Below, piece by piece: positions 38,061-52,471 of a DNA stretch of 64,000 nucleotides. Below the pieces are notes generated by a model. It did not search any database, was not told the origin of the DNA, and saw only the letters and a program-made list of their open reading frames with translations. Source of the stretch: Octopus vulgaris (taxonomy: Eukaryota); the NCBI GenBank assembly GCA_951406725.2, contig OX597833.1, positions 38,068,001 to 38,132,000 of the forward strand. Direction: 5' to 3'. Both the position numbers and the translations under genes were made by a program. How positions within the stretch are numbered: position 1 is the first letter of the stretch; each line of letters starts with the position of its first letter.

Positions 38061-40693
38061 CGGTAAAGCATTTTGGTTCATAATAGATGAATTTGATTTT
38101 CAGGGTCCTGGTTTGGGGTTTGGATATGGTTTTTGATGCTTTTTCTTTTTGTTTTATTTGTTTCATGTTAATCATATTTTGTAGACTACTTGTAGGGGTG
38201 GTGATGATAATTACCATATTAATTCTTTTCTACTTGTTTCAGTGATTTGTCTGTGGTACCACCGTGAAGGGTTTTAGTAGAACAAATCAACTCCAGGATT
38301 TACATTTTTCAAACCTTATACTTATTCTATCAGTGTCTTTTGCTGAAGTGCTAAGCTATGGGACATAAGCACGCCAACACTGGTTGTCAAATGGTGGTGG
38401 GGGAAAAACATAAACTCAAAGACACACACACAATGGGCTTCTTTCAGTTTCTGTCTACCAAATCCACTCACAAGGCTTTGGTTGGCCTGAGGCTATAGAA
38501 GATACTTGCCCAAGGTGCCAAGCAGTGCGACTGAATCCAGAACCATGTGTTGGAAAGCAAGCTTCTTACCAAACAGCCAAGCATATATAGTATGCAATTT
38601 TTTTCTTAAGCATTTTTAAAACTAAGAATTAGAGATGTACACTACACTTGAGAACCCATTTTATTCCCATCCATACTTGGAATATCAAAGCTGCATGTAA
38701 ATTATATCTATTGTCCAAGCTTATCACAATGTAACAAAGAGTTTAAATCACTATGATGATGTTTCTTTTTTCTGTGATAGTGATAATATCTTTCTTTCTT
38801 TTTAATCTTTTACTTTTTTCAATCATTGGACAGTAGCCATGCTGGGGTACTGCCTTGAAGGATTTTAGTCAAATAAATCAACCCAAGTACTTATTTTTTC
38901 TTCTGAGATTGGTTACTTATTTTGTCAGTCTCTTTGCAAAACTTTTTTTTGTCCCTGAATACAAGCTTTATTCCTGCAGTCAGTTATTCAACAGGTCACA
39001 TTTTAAATTAAAACATTTAAATACAAAGAAACATAAAAAAAGTTTTTCAGAGTATTTTTGACAGTCACTATAAGACATATGACTAAACATTTCTTTTCTC
39101 ATAAGTATAACACTAAAGAAAAGTCAGTGCATATTAAACGCAAGATATATTTTTTCCAGAATTTCATAGCCCATAATTAATGGTGTGCATTACATAAAAG
39201 TGTATATTATAGACATGAATTAACATGATTAGCATGGTGATCATAAAATGAAGGTTCTGAGTTGACAATATGCAGTGATTTTCAACAACTTATTCTGAAG
39301 CAAGTACCATATTTAGCTTTTTATTTCTTTTGATGATAACCCTGGCTTTCAATAATTCAAATATTTGACTAAAAATAAGTGATTTCTGAACAGCTTCTTG
39401 TAACCTAAGGTGTTATTATTATTCATCATGTTTATTTAGCTCCAAATCAGCCCTGAGCAAGTAGATTTTTAGTCAAAGACACTCTAGCCATGATAGTCCT
39501 TTTAATACTTTTCCATACATGCTAAGGTCAACTTTGCATTTCATCCTTTCATGGTCGATAAATTAAGTACCAGCTGTGTACTGAAGTCGATCTAATCGAC
39601 TGGCCCCCTCCCCCAAAATTTCAGGCCTTGTGCCTAGAGTAAAAAAGAACATTTTTCCATATAAAGTGTAACTAGTACTACATTATCTAATGCATTTTTT
39701 TTTTTTGAGATAAGGTTGTGAATGATATAAAGAAGATGTGGCTGTCATGTCTCGCAGGTCAAGTGACCATGTAGAAACTTCCTCACTGGTTTGACAACTT
39801 AAGTATTTTGACACCAGGTGGCCTCAGTCAACTAAATTAGGAGTAAAAAAAGAAAAGAAGATTCCAGATTAAAATTATGGCTAAGGCAGTTAGTATTAGA
39901 AACTTTATCTAGCTTTAAATTCTTGCTCCAACAAACCAACATCACAGTCACTATCTCCTGATAAAAGTCCTTGAAGAGGATATCTTTTTTCTTTTATCTC
40001 CATTTTTTTTTACTGTGGCCATGCTGGAGCACTGCCTTGAATCAAATCAATCCCAGGACTTACTTTTTTTAAAAAATCCTAGTACTTCGTCTTTTGGTCT
40101 CTTTTGTCAAACTATTAAGTTACAGGAATGTAAACACACTAACACTGGTTGTCAAGTAGTGTTGGGGGACAGACACAGACACAAAGACACACACATGTAC
40201 AGGTGCAGGGGCATGGATGTCTAGTAAGAAGCTGGCTTCCCAACCACATGGTTCTTGGTTCAATCCCAGTGTGTGACACCTTGGACAAGTGGCTTCTACT
40301 AGAGCCCCAGGCCAACTAAAGCTTTGTGAATGACTTTGACAAACAGAAACTGAAAGAAACCCATAGTGTATAAGTGTGTGTGAGTGTGTTTGTTCCCTCA
40401 CCCTTGCTTGACAAACAATGTTGGTTTCTTTATGTCCTCAACTAAACAGTTTGGCATAAAAGACTGACAGTAAGTGCCAGGCTTTAAAAAATATGTACAG
40501 GTGCTGGTTTGTTCAACTAAAACCATTTAAGGCAGTATATTATTTATTTAAAGGTCACAATACATGTATTAAAGTACTACTAGTAGTTTCATATGTTGAA
40601 AAAAACTCAAACATATTCTTCAGGCGCAAACTTGTTGAATTTTCTATTATGGATCAGTATATTAAATATATATATATATATATATATATATAC

Positions 40694-40788
40694 ACTTGGA
40701 AATGGATGCGTGGTGTTCAATCATATAATAATATAAATAAAATATATGTATAGGCATATATACATACATATATGTACATACTGACATA

Positions 40789-40844
<56 letters not shown>

Positions 40845-41553
40845 TATATGGGTACAGGATGTCACAAAACGTAAACATCATGAAATAAGAAAACATGAAG
40901 TTCGAAATACGAAAAAGAACATGAAATATGAAGACAAACTTTTTTTTGCGAACGAGAGACACAAACGGAAAACAAGACAAGTAACATAAAGAACGACCCT
41001 TCATCAGTTGTTGGCTGTTTATCTACATTTTGAACAATTCATGACAATATGTGCCTTCGAGAAAACAGTTACTCCCACAAACCAAAATAAAATTTGGGAT
41101 TTTGCAAAAGATCAAAGTGGCTAACAAAAACAGGACAGTGAAACAAATAGTGAGGACTGCTAAGACAGATGGGGTAAGGTGGCGAACGCTGAGGAACATT
41201 CTTTATCAGGAGAAAAGATAGGAGAGGAGACAGACAAGAATACGGCTGGTCTGTGCAACAGACTGGAAGAAAGGAAAAAACACATGTAGTAAAAAAAGGT
41301 GGACGATGGCTATGTGTGAGCAATGAGAGAGTAAAGAAGGAAGAGGGAGAGAGAGAGGGACAGATAGAAAACGATGAAGGGAAGAAAAGAGAATTAGAGA
41401 ACGGATGAGAGGGAAAAAAGGGAGAGAAGGGGAGAAGAAAAAGAAGAATTAGAGAAAGGAAGAGAGAGAGAGAAAGAGAACAGTATAGAGGAGAGTCGTA
41501 TCAAAATTATTAAGATAAACTTACTTGGAAATAGATGTGTGGTGTTCAATCAT

Positions 41554-41555
<2 letters not shown>
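40694..41555 (-). mobile_element. Possible Penelope-like non-autonomous element in (TA)n
   Basis: 33-bp direct repeats at 40694-40726 and 41523-41555, each followed by TA-rich tracts; minus-strand ctgatgaaggg motif. Confidence 0.4.
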
Positions 41556-41602
<47 letters not shown>

Positions 41603-41954
41603 TTAATGTGAGATGGAAGATGGAAAATATGAGAATTTATCACCACAATTGTTTCAACCCATCTATATAATATATATATTCAAACAACTGAAAATAGTAA
41701 AAATGTTTACAAGAATGAAAACTTGCTTCCAAAAGGTTTGTGTTCTGTTTATTTTATGATTTTTTTTTTCTATAATCAAAACTTTTTAATCCAAGAAAAT
41801 CTCTCTTCGATTATTATGACAGTATCATAAATTCACACACTCATATATAGTGAATGAACAAACAAAATAAAATAGTACTCAACACATTTTATAGGAGTTA
41901 CTTATATTTTTAATAAAAGGTTAACTGTTATTAGATATATGTATACACATAATC

Positions 41955-43540
41955 TTCATCATTAACATCCATGTTCCATGCAGGCATGGAACATGGTGTG
42001 GGTTGGATGGTTTGATAGGAGCTAATGGGCCCAAGGACTTCATTGTGCTCCAGTGTCTGCTTTGGGATGGTTTCTATGGGTGGATACCCTTCCTAACACC
42101 AACCACTTTACAACATGTACTAGGCCTTTTTCCTAGTCACCAGCACAGGTGAGATTGCCATGTAGCTTGCAAGACTATGATTACTGAATGAGGAAGGGGA
42201 ACTTTTATACTAGAAGAATAAGGTGTAGAGGAACTGAGTATGAGAGAGAAAGGGCTGTAGTACAGGTTCCTTGCTGTAGAAGAGTGATAAGACTATTCAC
42301 ATTTTAGAATAGCAGCTACAGGGATGGAAAGTGATATAAATGGTGATGTGGTATCAGGGTGGACTTACAAGATATGAGGTGGGTAGGAATGAGTGGGGTT
42401 GGGAAGCCTGGAGTGAGTAGATAAAGTATGGGATATCAAGGTAGCAGAATAGAAATGACGATTTAGCAAACAGGAGAAGGATGAAAAAGAGATGACATGC
42501 TTTTGGGTAGGTTGTGGTGATGGATGGTGAAGAGAGAGGCAGGTGCAGTGTATGATGAGGGTAGGATCTATGATGATGACAAAGGAGAGATAATATAGTG
42601 ACACAGTAGGGATGGGTGGTTAATGAAAATATGGGTAGAGATCAGTATTAATGGATGAATGGTGGATAACAGATGAACTGGTTCTGTGTAGTAAGTAGTA
42701 TCAAGAAAGAACTGTAGTTAGGGAGGTGCTGGGAAAGGGGTCTTGAGGAGAAAGGAAATTGGACAGAGAGCCCAGTTATGTACACACACACACACACAAA
42801 ATTCTACTAGAACTCTGTTTTGCTGACTTGGGGTGGCTCTTTACAAGAACTGAATATTGCCAGCTATCTTGTTCTTTTGTCATCTCCTTTGTGAGGCTGA
42901 AATTCTTAAGATTTATCTTCACCACCTCATCCATGTTCATGGATCTCCTGCTTCTGCAAGTTCTATCCACATTCAGTGATCGGCACTTCTTTAAACAGCT
43001 CTTCTCATCACTACACATCACATTTCCATACCAGCACGGTTTTCTTTCTTGTACACTACATCTGATTCCTCTTATGCCCAGATTTTCACTCTCCACCTTT
43101 GTACCATGTCTTTCACATACACTTACATTGCACATACAACAGAATTTCTTTCCAGTTTATTCAAGGTCCTCTGCAATCAAAGCCCACATCTAATTACTAT
43201 GCAGCATTGTAGTTTTAACACAAGCATCATGCAATCTTCTCTTTACTCTAAGGTAAAAGTTCTTTTTGTCAACAGCAGAAGTAGCTCTTTAAATTCTCTC
43301 CAGTCTGTTCCTACTCTGCAAATGTACTTTCGACAATCCTTGCTAATTACATCTCCAAGGTAACAATAACTATCAACAACATCTTGTCAGCCATCCAAGC
43401 ATTCAAGAGGTTCAATTTCTAGTCTGTTCATAGAACGTGCTGCATCTATCACATGTGAAGTTTATGTTCTCTCATAATCTGCATGTGATTCTAATACATC
43501 TCTTCTAAGTCTATGGCTTACATTAAGCACAACATATAGA
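41955..43540 (-). mobile_element. Older relative of the PHD-in-RT LINE (3' ORF end plus long 3' UTR)
   Basis: ORF 42776..43135: LGIRGIRCSVQERKPCWYGNVM…CLKKCRSLNV; conserved 3' motif at about 42060-42110. Confidence 0.7.
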
Positions 43541-44974
43541 ATTTATACTTAAAGAAGTATGAATACAGTGTGGATATGAATAAAGGTGTTTCATAAATAA
43601 AAATTTAGTCTCTCTCTTTGAAACTATAACCAGTGAATAAATTCCAATCATTAGCAACTGAGGATGAGGATTGTACAACTATTTTCATCTTTCTTGAGAT
43701 AATTTCCTTACCTTTCAATTATGAAAGTTAAGAAGAATATACAGAAAAACCTCAGTTTACCTCTTTTCAAATTATGTCTTTTATTACTTTGCATCTTGTT
43801 TTTCTTAGAAATTAATAGAAAAAATAACCCTCAACTTTATGTCAGTCTCTGTGAACATGTTTAAAAGCATAAAAGAAATAAAGGAACACTTAAAAACCAA
43901 TACTGAAGTGGAAAATGAAAATACATTTCTTAACCCTTTTGTTACCATATTTCTATGTAGTGAAATGAATATATTTGTTTCAGTTAATTTTTTTTAAAGC
44001 AATGAAGAATTTAGTAAAATAATTTTGTAGTGATTAAGATGGTGTTTAAAACATATATTAACAAGTAATTTTGAAGGAAGATTTTAATTTCAATTACTTT
44101 AAAACAGGAAGTTTGTTACATAGAACCAGGGAGAGTTCCAGTTTGGATGGTATCAAGAGTTAAAATAGGTATCATCATCATCATCTAGCATGGGTTGGAC
44201 GGTTTGACAGGGGTCTGGGAAGCCAGGGGGCTGTACCAGGCTCCAGTCTGATCTGACAGTGTTTCTACAGCTGGATGCCCTTCCTAACGCCAACCACTCC
44301 ATGAGTGTAGTGGGTGCTTTTTGCATGACACCAGCACTGGTGCCAGGGGAAGCTGGCAATGACCACGATCAATTGGTGCTTTTTACATGCCACCGGCACG
44401 GAAGCCAGTCAAGGAGGCGCTGGCAACGGCCACGTTCAGATGGTGCTTTTTATGTGCCAAAGCTAATAAATTCTTTCTTTTGGTCTAATGTTCCATCGTT
44501 TTTCAAGTTGTCACATGTCTAAGAACCAATTACCAATCTAAGTCGAGGTATGCCTCTATTGCCCAACATAAAACATAACTAATGATTTACTGCTGTAAAA
44601 CAACTGCATATAATAGTACAACGTGGCCAGCCAAGATTTAGTAAGAAAAATACCAACATATGATTATCATCCAGAAATAACTGTGTATGAAAAATATATT
44701 GAATCAGACAACCTTACAAATTTCATTATGCTAGAAATAGTTTGTTTACATTTTCCATAAGAAGTTGTTCTTCATAACTTCAGCAACAGAGATTACGTAA
44801 GCATCTTCATACAGATGAAAAACTAATTGACCAATCCCCTCAAGCTGATGCTTGTGGTTTATCCACAGGTTATATTTTCACAGCAAGGTCAAATATATGG
44901 TTATTAAACATGAATATTATTTCCATGTGCACATTGTGCATGTGTATAAACATATATATATATATATATAGATA

Positions 44975-45178
44975 TTTATCTATATAGGGGAGAATTCACA
45001 AAAAAAACAAAAGACAAAGACAGGTGGTGTAGAAAACAAACGGATGTATTAGTATAATGCTCAGTAATTGAAAAAGTCTTTAATGTTTCAAGCCTACGCT
45101 CTTCCACAGAAAGGAACACAAAAAGAAACAAAGAGAGAAAAAAAATGCGTGTAGTGGCTACCGATCTAACATGGCGAA
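44975..45178 (-). mobile_element. Possible Penelope-like terminal fragment between TA tracts
   Basis: Minus strand ctgtggaagagcgtaggcttgaaacatt resembles a decayed minimal hammerhead, followed by a T-rich end. Confidence 0.4.
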
Positions 45179-45219
45179 TGTGTGTGTATATATATATACA
45201 TACACACACACATATACAT

Positions 45220-45830
45220 GCAAGGTATATTCCAGAAGTTTTGAGACATTTATTAGTTTTGAAGTACAAAACTCTAATCTCCTTCAAAGTTGGATCATCT
45301 GACTTCAATGCACTTCTTGTAGCATTCCAGCCACAGTCATTTTTTCCTTCAACCTGGTGAACTAAAGTCACTGAAAGCAAGGTCTTTCAGTGACTTTATC
45401 TCTCTAAAGAAAGAAACTGCTCCTTACTCTCCCTAAAGACTATAGGAAGAGTAAGGAACAGTTTTGATGCTCCTCTCCATCTAACAGTTGGTTAACCAGT
45501 GGTCTGGTGCGTTGTCATTCTGCAGGTGTTCTGGTCTTTTGTGTTGGCTGTCTGGCCAGAGAGACCCAAGCTGTCGATGACACCATTGCTGTTGAAAAAG
45601 GGGATCATCAAGAGTTTCCCAATGGTCTGCTTTGCCTGACTTCTTGACGGATGCTTGGCTCCTACAAATTAATTCATAAGCAGTGTAAAGCATTTCATAT
45701 GTTTCTGTAGCATTTTGACCAGTTTAACACATAATGAACACCTAAACTGTTTTCATGTCCCAACTGCATTCTGCAAACTAGTCAGCTCTGTGTCAAGCAG
45801 TATTTAGTAGAGTGTATTCAAAGTGTTGTT
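45220..45830 (-). pseudogene. Internally deleted mariner relic
   Basis: NATETYEMLYTAY (N-terminal HTH), KRPEHLQNDNAPDH, WLECYKKCIEVR*SNFEGD*. Confidence 0.75.
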
Positions 45831-46830
45831 AACAGCTGTCTCCTTCAATCTGGAGTAACAAAAGTTGGCAGATCAGCTTATCAGATGTATAGTAATGATT
45901 ACAATCAAGGACTGTTATAACTGTTTCTCCTAAAAAGGTTTCGAAACTATGTATATTGTACTTTGTGATTGAAATCTGAGTTCTATTTTAGCATGTAGTT
46001 GACACATGGCAGAAAATGCAGCACACCAGACTAAGTGCCTTACAGTATTTATTTTGTATCTGGGGTGGCGAGCTGGCAGAAATGTTAGTACGCTGGGCGA
46101 AATGTTTAGCAGTATTTCGTCTTCGCCCATACATTCTGAGTTCAAATTCTGCCAAGGTCAACTTTGCCTTTCATCCTTTCAGGGTCGATTAAATAAGTAC
46201 CAGTTACGCACTGGAGTTGATATAATCGACTTAATCCATTTGTCTGTCCCCTCTGTGTGCAGTAAAGAAATAAGTATTATTTTCTATTTCTATATTTTGA
46301 GTTCAAATCTTGCCAACATTACCTTTCTTCTCATCAACATCAATAAACCTAGCATCAGTCCTATTTATATTGTGTTCACTTCACTTGACTCTACAGCTCT
46401 CACTTATGATTATGAAGCCCATGTCAATCTAAAAAAAGACACTGGTGCATCATCAGAGTTTGTAAAATAAACAGAAATATTACCTCTTTATTTTTTAGTA
46501 ATTGAATTGCAGCCATGCTCGGGTACCACCCTGTAGAGTTTTAGTTGAATAAATCAACCTCAATACTTCATCATCATTTAACATCCATTGTCCATGCTGA
46601 CATGGGTTAGATGGTACTGGCAAACTGGAATACTGCACCAGACTCCAGTCTGATTTGGCAACGTGTCTGCAGCTGGATGCCCTTCCTAACACCAACCACT
46701 CTGAGAGTGTAATGGGTACTTTTACTTATTTTTTAAAAATGATTTAGTCAGTCTAACTAAGCCATGGAAAATACAGTTAACTACATTATAAGCAGCAGGA
46801 GCACTGTATAAGTGTTATATGTATCAGGTG

Positions 46831-49238
46831 TTCTAGTTTGCAATGACGAACACACAGAACAATATCCATCCAAGTGGTGATGGTGGTGTCATGTGGTGGG
46901 GGTGGGGGAGAAGAACCATGATGAAAACTGGGAGAAAGTTTGAATATATTGCAACATTTCCTGTCAATGTTGATAAAGATATACTGTATTATAATGTAGT
47001 TAATTGTATTTTTCTATGGCTTAGACTGACTAAATCATTTGAAATAAAATAAGTAAAATCACCCATTACACTCTCAGAGTGGTTGCGTGGTAAGTAGCTT
47101 GCTTACTAACCACATGGTTCTGGGTTCATTCCCATTGCGTGGCACCTTGGACAAGTGTCTTCTACTACAGCCTCAGGTTGACCAAAGCCTTGTGAGTGGA
47201 TTTGGTAGATGGAAACTGAAAGAAGCCTGTCGTGTATATGTATGTGTGTGTATGTTTGTGTGTCTGTGTTTGTCCCCCCAACATCACTTGTCAACTGATG
47301 CTGGTGTGTTTACGTCCCCATAACTTAGCAGTTCAGCAAAAGAGACCGATACAATAAGTACTAGGCTTACAAAGAATAAGTCCTGGGGTTGATTTGCTCG
47401 ATTAAAGGCAGTGCTCCAGCCTGGCCACAGTCAAATGACTGAAACAAGTAAAAGAGTATCAGTGTTTCTCAGCCAAATTTTACCTATGGACCCTTAGATT
47501 CTTATTTTACTCTACTATACTTCCATAGTTATTTGATGAATATAAAAAAAAAGTTCTTACAGTATTTTTATAATTAAATATTATTAGGAATTGCATAAAA
47601 AATTTTTAATATTTTGTGTATTGCAGAAGTATAAGCAATTCATTGCACATAAATTTTGATAGAATCTTATATGGACCTCACCAAGGGCCATATGGACCCC
47701 AGCTGAGAACCACGGGTACAAATAGAAGAAACAGATAAAAGAAGAGATGTTAGTTCCCATATCCAAGATGATAAAAGAGACTAACATGATTGATACATTC
47801 ACAGATATACAATGGGTACCACCAGAAGGATGAAGAAAGAAAGGGAGACCCAAGAAAACAAAGAAGATCTGAAGCTACCTTTGCATCACCAGGGAAGATA
47901 TAGGCAAATATGCTCAAAATCAAGATTATTGGACATGCCTCGCTGTCCATTGAACAGGCCAAATGTACAGGAGGAACGAAGATAAAGACAGTGTAAAGAT
48001 TGATGGTAACAGACTAGCTTGGTTACTGCAACAGCAGTAGCATGTGAGATTTTTCCTTATTTTACTACAGTTCTGAAAGGAAAAGTAAAAAACAAGAGGA
48101 GGTGGGGAACTTTCATTTTTCAAATCATTTTCACACCATTGATCATCATCATCATCGTTTAACGTCCGCTTTCCATGCTAGCATGGGTTAGACAGTTTGA
48201 CACAGGACTGGCAAACCAGATAGCCGCACCAGGCTCCAATCTTGATCTGGCAGAGTTTCTACAGCTGGATAACCTTCCTAATGCCAACCACTCCGAGAAG
48301 GGCCAGTCAGGCGGTACTGACAACGGCTATGCTCAAATGGTGTTTTTTACGTGCCACCTGCACAGGAGCCAGTCCAGCGGCACAGGCAACGACCTCTCTC
48401 AATTATTTTTTTCATGTGCCTGTAAGGCGACACTGGTAGCGATCATGCTCAAATGGTGCCTTTTATGTGCCACCAGCACAGAAGCCAGTTAGCTGCTATA
48501 GCAATGATCACGTTCAGATGGTGCTCTTAGCGCTCCACCAGCACAGATGCCAGTCATCGAATTTGATTTCGATTTCACTTGCCATTTCACCTTCTTTGTT
48601 TCTGTTCTATTTTTCTGAAAGAAATTTCACCTCTAACCCTTTAGCACTTACATTATTTTGTCAGAAGTAGTGCCTATTTATTCCCATTGTTTTGAATTGA
48701 TCATGCATTATCTTGTAGCTTTCAGATTTCAATGAAGTGATTGCTTATTTTTACAACGACATTGTTAGGTAGATATGAGAGGCTAAATCTGGCTAATTTG
48801 AACATAAAACAGGTAGAAAATTCTAGTTTGCAATGACGAACACACAGAACAATATCCATCCAAGTGGTGATGGTGGTGTCATGTGATGTGTATGTGGTGG
48901 GGGTGGGAGAGAAGAGCCATGATGAAAACTGGGATAAAGTTTGAATATATTGCAACATTTCCTGTCAATGTTGATAAAGATATACTGTATTTTAATATAG
49001 TTAACTGTATTTTTCTATGGCTTAGACTGACTAAATCATTTGAAAAAAAATAAGTAAAATCACCCATTACACTCTCACAGTGGTTGGCGCAGGAGTGGTT
49101 GTGTGGTAAGTAGCTTGCTTACCAACCACGTGGTTCTGGGTTCATTCCCACTGCGTGGCACCTTGGGCAAGTGTCTTCTACTATAGCCTCAGGCCAACCA
49201 AAGCCTTGTGAGTGGATTTGGTAGATGGAAACTGAAAG
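46831..49238. repeat. About 400-bp local direct duplication (46831-47222 and 48821-49238)
   Basis: Unique sequence plus SINE A head duplicated; second copy lies inside a piggyBac-like MITE. Confidence 0.95.
47725..47985 (+). mobile_element. Decayed RTE 3' fragment
   Basis: IQWVPPEG*RKKGRPKKT motif typical of RTE C-termini. Confidence 0.6.
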
Positions 49239-49412
49239 CCAGATATGGCCTGTTTAAATGCTAAAGGGTTAAACTGATCAAGTTAAATTTTTGAAATATT
49301 TCTTCTTCCGAGAGATTTCTTTTTCAGAAAAGCAGCAAGTAGTTTTAAATTATATAAATGACATTTTTAAAAAATGATATAAAAGATGGAAATTTTTTTT
49401 TCTTATATAGAT

Positions 49413-49418
49413 TTTATT
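49413..49418 (-). promoter_or_regulatory. Candidate CHEK1 polyadenylation signal (AATAAA)
   Basis: First canonical AATAAA I found after the stop, about 1 kb downstream, ending a repeat-free AT-rich stretch and followed by U-rich sequence. Confidence 0.35.
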
Positions 49419-50407
49419 AGAAAACAAAAAAAAAGAGAAAAAATGTATAAAATTATATTTGCCAGTATTTTTTTATAAAAGAATTTTGTAAAGATTTGGA
49501 AACAAAAGAAAATATTTTAAAAAAGTGTTATCTTCATAAAAAGTGGAAAAACAAAATAATAACAATGAAAAAGACACAATAACAAAACAATCTACAAAAT
49601 TCATTTCAGTAATATACAAGGACAAATAAGGCACATAGTTTCCACAGTAGTGGTGGTCAAGGTAGATTAAACATAATTTGTATGGAATGGATATCACAAA
49701 TAAACAGGAGTAAGTACTGCCTTGGTTACCAACAACACAGGTGAGCAAAGCTAGGCTCACAAAGGAATTTCAATTATACACACCTTACTCGTGACAAAAG
49801 TGAGGCAACTAGTAGATGTCATGGACCATAGAGAAGGTAATTAATAACTAAGAATCAATAATGATGATGAAAATGACTAGGAACATCAGGCATGATATTT
49901 TGGTTATGAGAAGAGGAACTAAAGCCTAGTGTTTTATATCTTGCCTAAAGGTATTTTCTTAACAATGAAAGGATTTCCAAAAGAGAGATTCAAACCAACA
50001 TAGCAAATAATAACGATGCATATGTTGTTGGTTGATCTATTTGTAATACTGATTGTTCTTGCATGATAAACCTTAAAACCTTCTGATTATCTTCCAAAGA
50101 AAATAAGCTATTCGCCATAAAAGTGTCAGATAAGGGAGGTAAATACAGACGAGATTTTGAAACAAGCAGTAGTAATTAATTACCATGATTAAAATAGGAT
50201 AGCTAACAATTACACAAAGGCAGACAGGCAGACAACCACTCCAAAGTCTTGTAACTGGCAAAACAATAACAAACACACTATCAGAACATTTAAACTAGTC
50301 GCATATACATAGAATTACAAAAAACTTCAGTACACTCTCTCACATTCACTTATAGCTTTACATTTACACATTTTTCATTTTTGGTCTATTTTTTCTCTCC
50401 ATTCTTT

Positions 50408-50533
50408 TCAGTTTTCCTCATTGCGTAACTCTTTTACAGAAGACGCATTCGGCCAAGCGGACTGAGAGGAGATGATTGGTCGTAAAAGATCACGGATTTT
50501 GGTGAAGTTCCTTTTGAATTGAATTCCATCACC
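50408..50533 (-). CDS. CHEK1: Chk1 kinase, last coding exon (126 nt including stop)
   Basis: ttttattttcag acceptor; GDGIQFKRNFTKIRDLLRPIISSQSAWPNASSVKELRNEEN*; compare human GDGLEFKRHFLKIK. Confidence 0.95.
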   Translation of the reverse strand, partial: GDGIQFKRNFTKIRDLLRPIISSQSAWPNASSVKELRNEEN

Positions 50534-51872
50534 CTGAAAATAAAATACATTAAATGAATCCATAAATAGAGTGGAATGTCAAATTATATTGAGGGAGAGA
50601 GCATGATTAGTCAAAATATCCAGCTTCCTCTACCCACAAGGTTACTTGCAGCAGGGAAAGGAGGAGAGGTGGTCAAAGACAATGCTCTGTTTCTAAGAAA
50701 TTGGCAAATTCTTTATTACTTTTAATATTGAAAAAAATACAAGTTCTTAATTTAAATCTAGTCCAGTATCTTGCATACATCTGCCACATATTTAACCAAC
50801 ACTTTCCAGTCAGTCAGAAGTATTATTGGATAGCAAACAAGATGTGAGACCACAGACAATCAAACAAATACAACATAGCAGAATGATCAATGTGATCTCA
50901 AATCAGACTAAAAAGCATGAGAAATTTTCCAATATCATTATTTTTAATTCCTTAGTCAGCGAAGGCACATGGCTTAGCGGTTAGGGTATTCAGCTCATGA
51001 GTTTGATTCCTTGCCTCGTGTTGAGTCCTTGAGCAAGTCACTTTATTTCACATTGTTCCAGTTCATTCAGCTGGCAAAAATGAATTGCACCTGTAGTTCA
51101 AAGGCCCGACCTTGTCACATTTTGTGTCACATTGAATTTCCCTGAGAACTACATTAAGAGTAAGCGTGTCTGTGGAGTGCTCAGCCACCTGCATGTTAAT
51201 TTCACAAGCAGGCTGTCCCACTGATTGGATCAACTGGAACCTTCATCATTATAACCAACAGAGTGTCAATCAGCAAACGATTTATAGAAAATCAATATAA
51301 GATCTTGTTAAAATAGTGAAGAGGCAGCAAGGTATAAAATACTATTACAAAACAATTCGTGCAACTGTCAACAACAACAACAAGACAAAAAAAACGGTAA
51401 GCAGGTAGAACAGTCTAATGATCCAATGGGATATGGGATATATTCAAGTTCACATAAGGCTAGTTTGGATTTTTTTTCTCTTTGATCTGAAGCCAATAAA
51501 TACCAGTAATATATTAAGACCAATTCCAGCTACAACACGTCTCTTGTATTCTCTTTAGAAGTCACTTAACACACCAAAGATCAGCTGCCACCCCCACTGC
51601 AAGCTTCCATCTAATTTCTAATTAGTTTGGATTGCCAAGTCACTTTCCATAGCTTTCTTGACAAGAATTATCATTAACACCTGTTTTGGAGTGGAACTCA
51701 ACACATAGGCATAGGTGTGGCTGTGTGGTAAAAAGCTTGCTTCCCAATCACATGGTTTAGGGTTCAGCCCTAGTGTGGCATCTTGGGCAAGTGTCTTCTA
51801 CTGTAGCCTCAAGCGGACCAAAGCCTTGAGTGTATTTGGTAGATGGAAACTAAAAGAAGCCCATCATATATA

Positions 51873-51939
<67 letters not shown>

Positions 51940-52369
51940 ATGAGTGTGTCTTTGCGCATGTTTGTCCCCCATCACTGCTTGACAATTGGCGCTGATGTGT
52001 TTATGCTCCCATAACATAGCAGTTCAGCAAATCTAATGTGATCTGCTTTTTTTTAAAGATGCTATAGTATGATGAGAGATTTGGCATGTAGAAGCTTCAG
52101 AATTGTTGTTACTGAGGTTTAGCTTTGGGTCAGTTGTAAATCAGACAAACTATGTTCAAGGGCATTCCCGCCATGATTTTCTTGTCTTTTTGTATAGCTG
52201 GGTTTATGCAGTTCAATGTCAACATTTTAAATGTTAAGGTGTGATTTAACTGCCATTTCTAGCAGGTTGAGCAACCATGTAGATACTATAGGACGAAAAG
52301 AACAGCTATTGATAGTAAACACACTAAAAAGAAATCCTATATTAAAGAATACAATAAAGGTGTACTTAC

Positions 52370-52471
52370 CTTTGATAACCGGAAATCTACCAAAAGATTC
52401 TCTCCCATCTTAACAAGAGCAGCCTTGAACGACAATGGACACTTCCTTCTGTCAAAGGTTTGTATTGTAAA
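52370..52471 (-). CDS. CHEK1: Chk1 exon (102 nt, phase 0/0), KA1 domain
   Basis: AG/GTAAG boundaries; [34 protein letters not shown]; compare human [34 protein letters not shown]. Confidence 0.96.
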
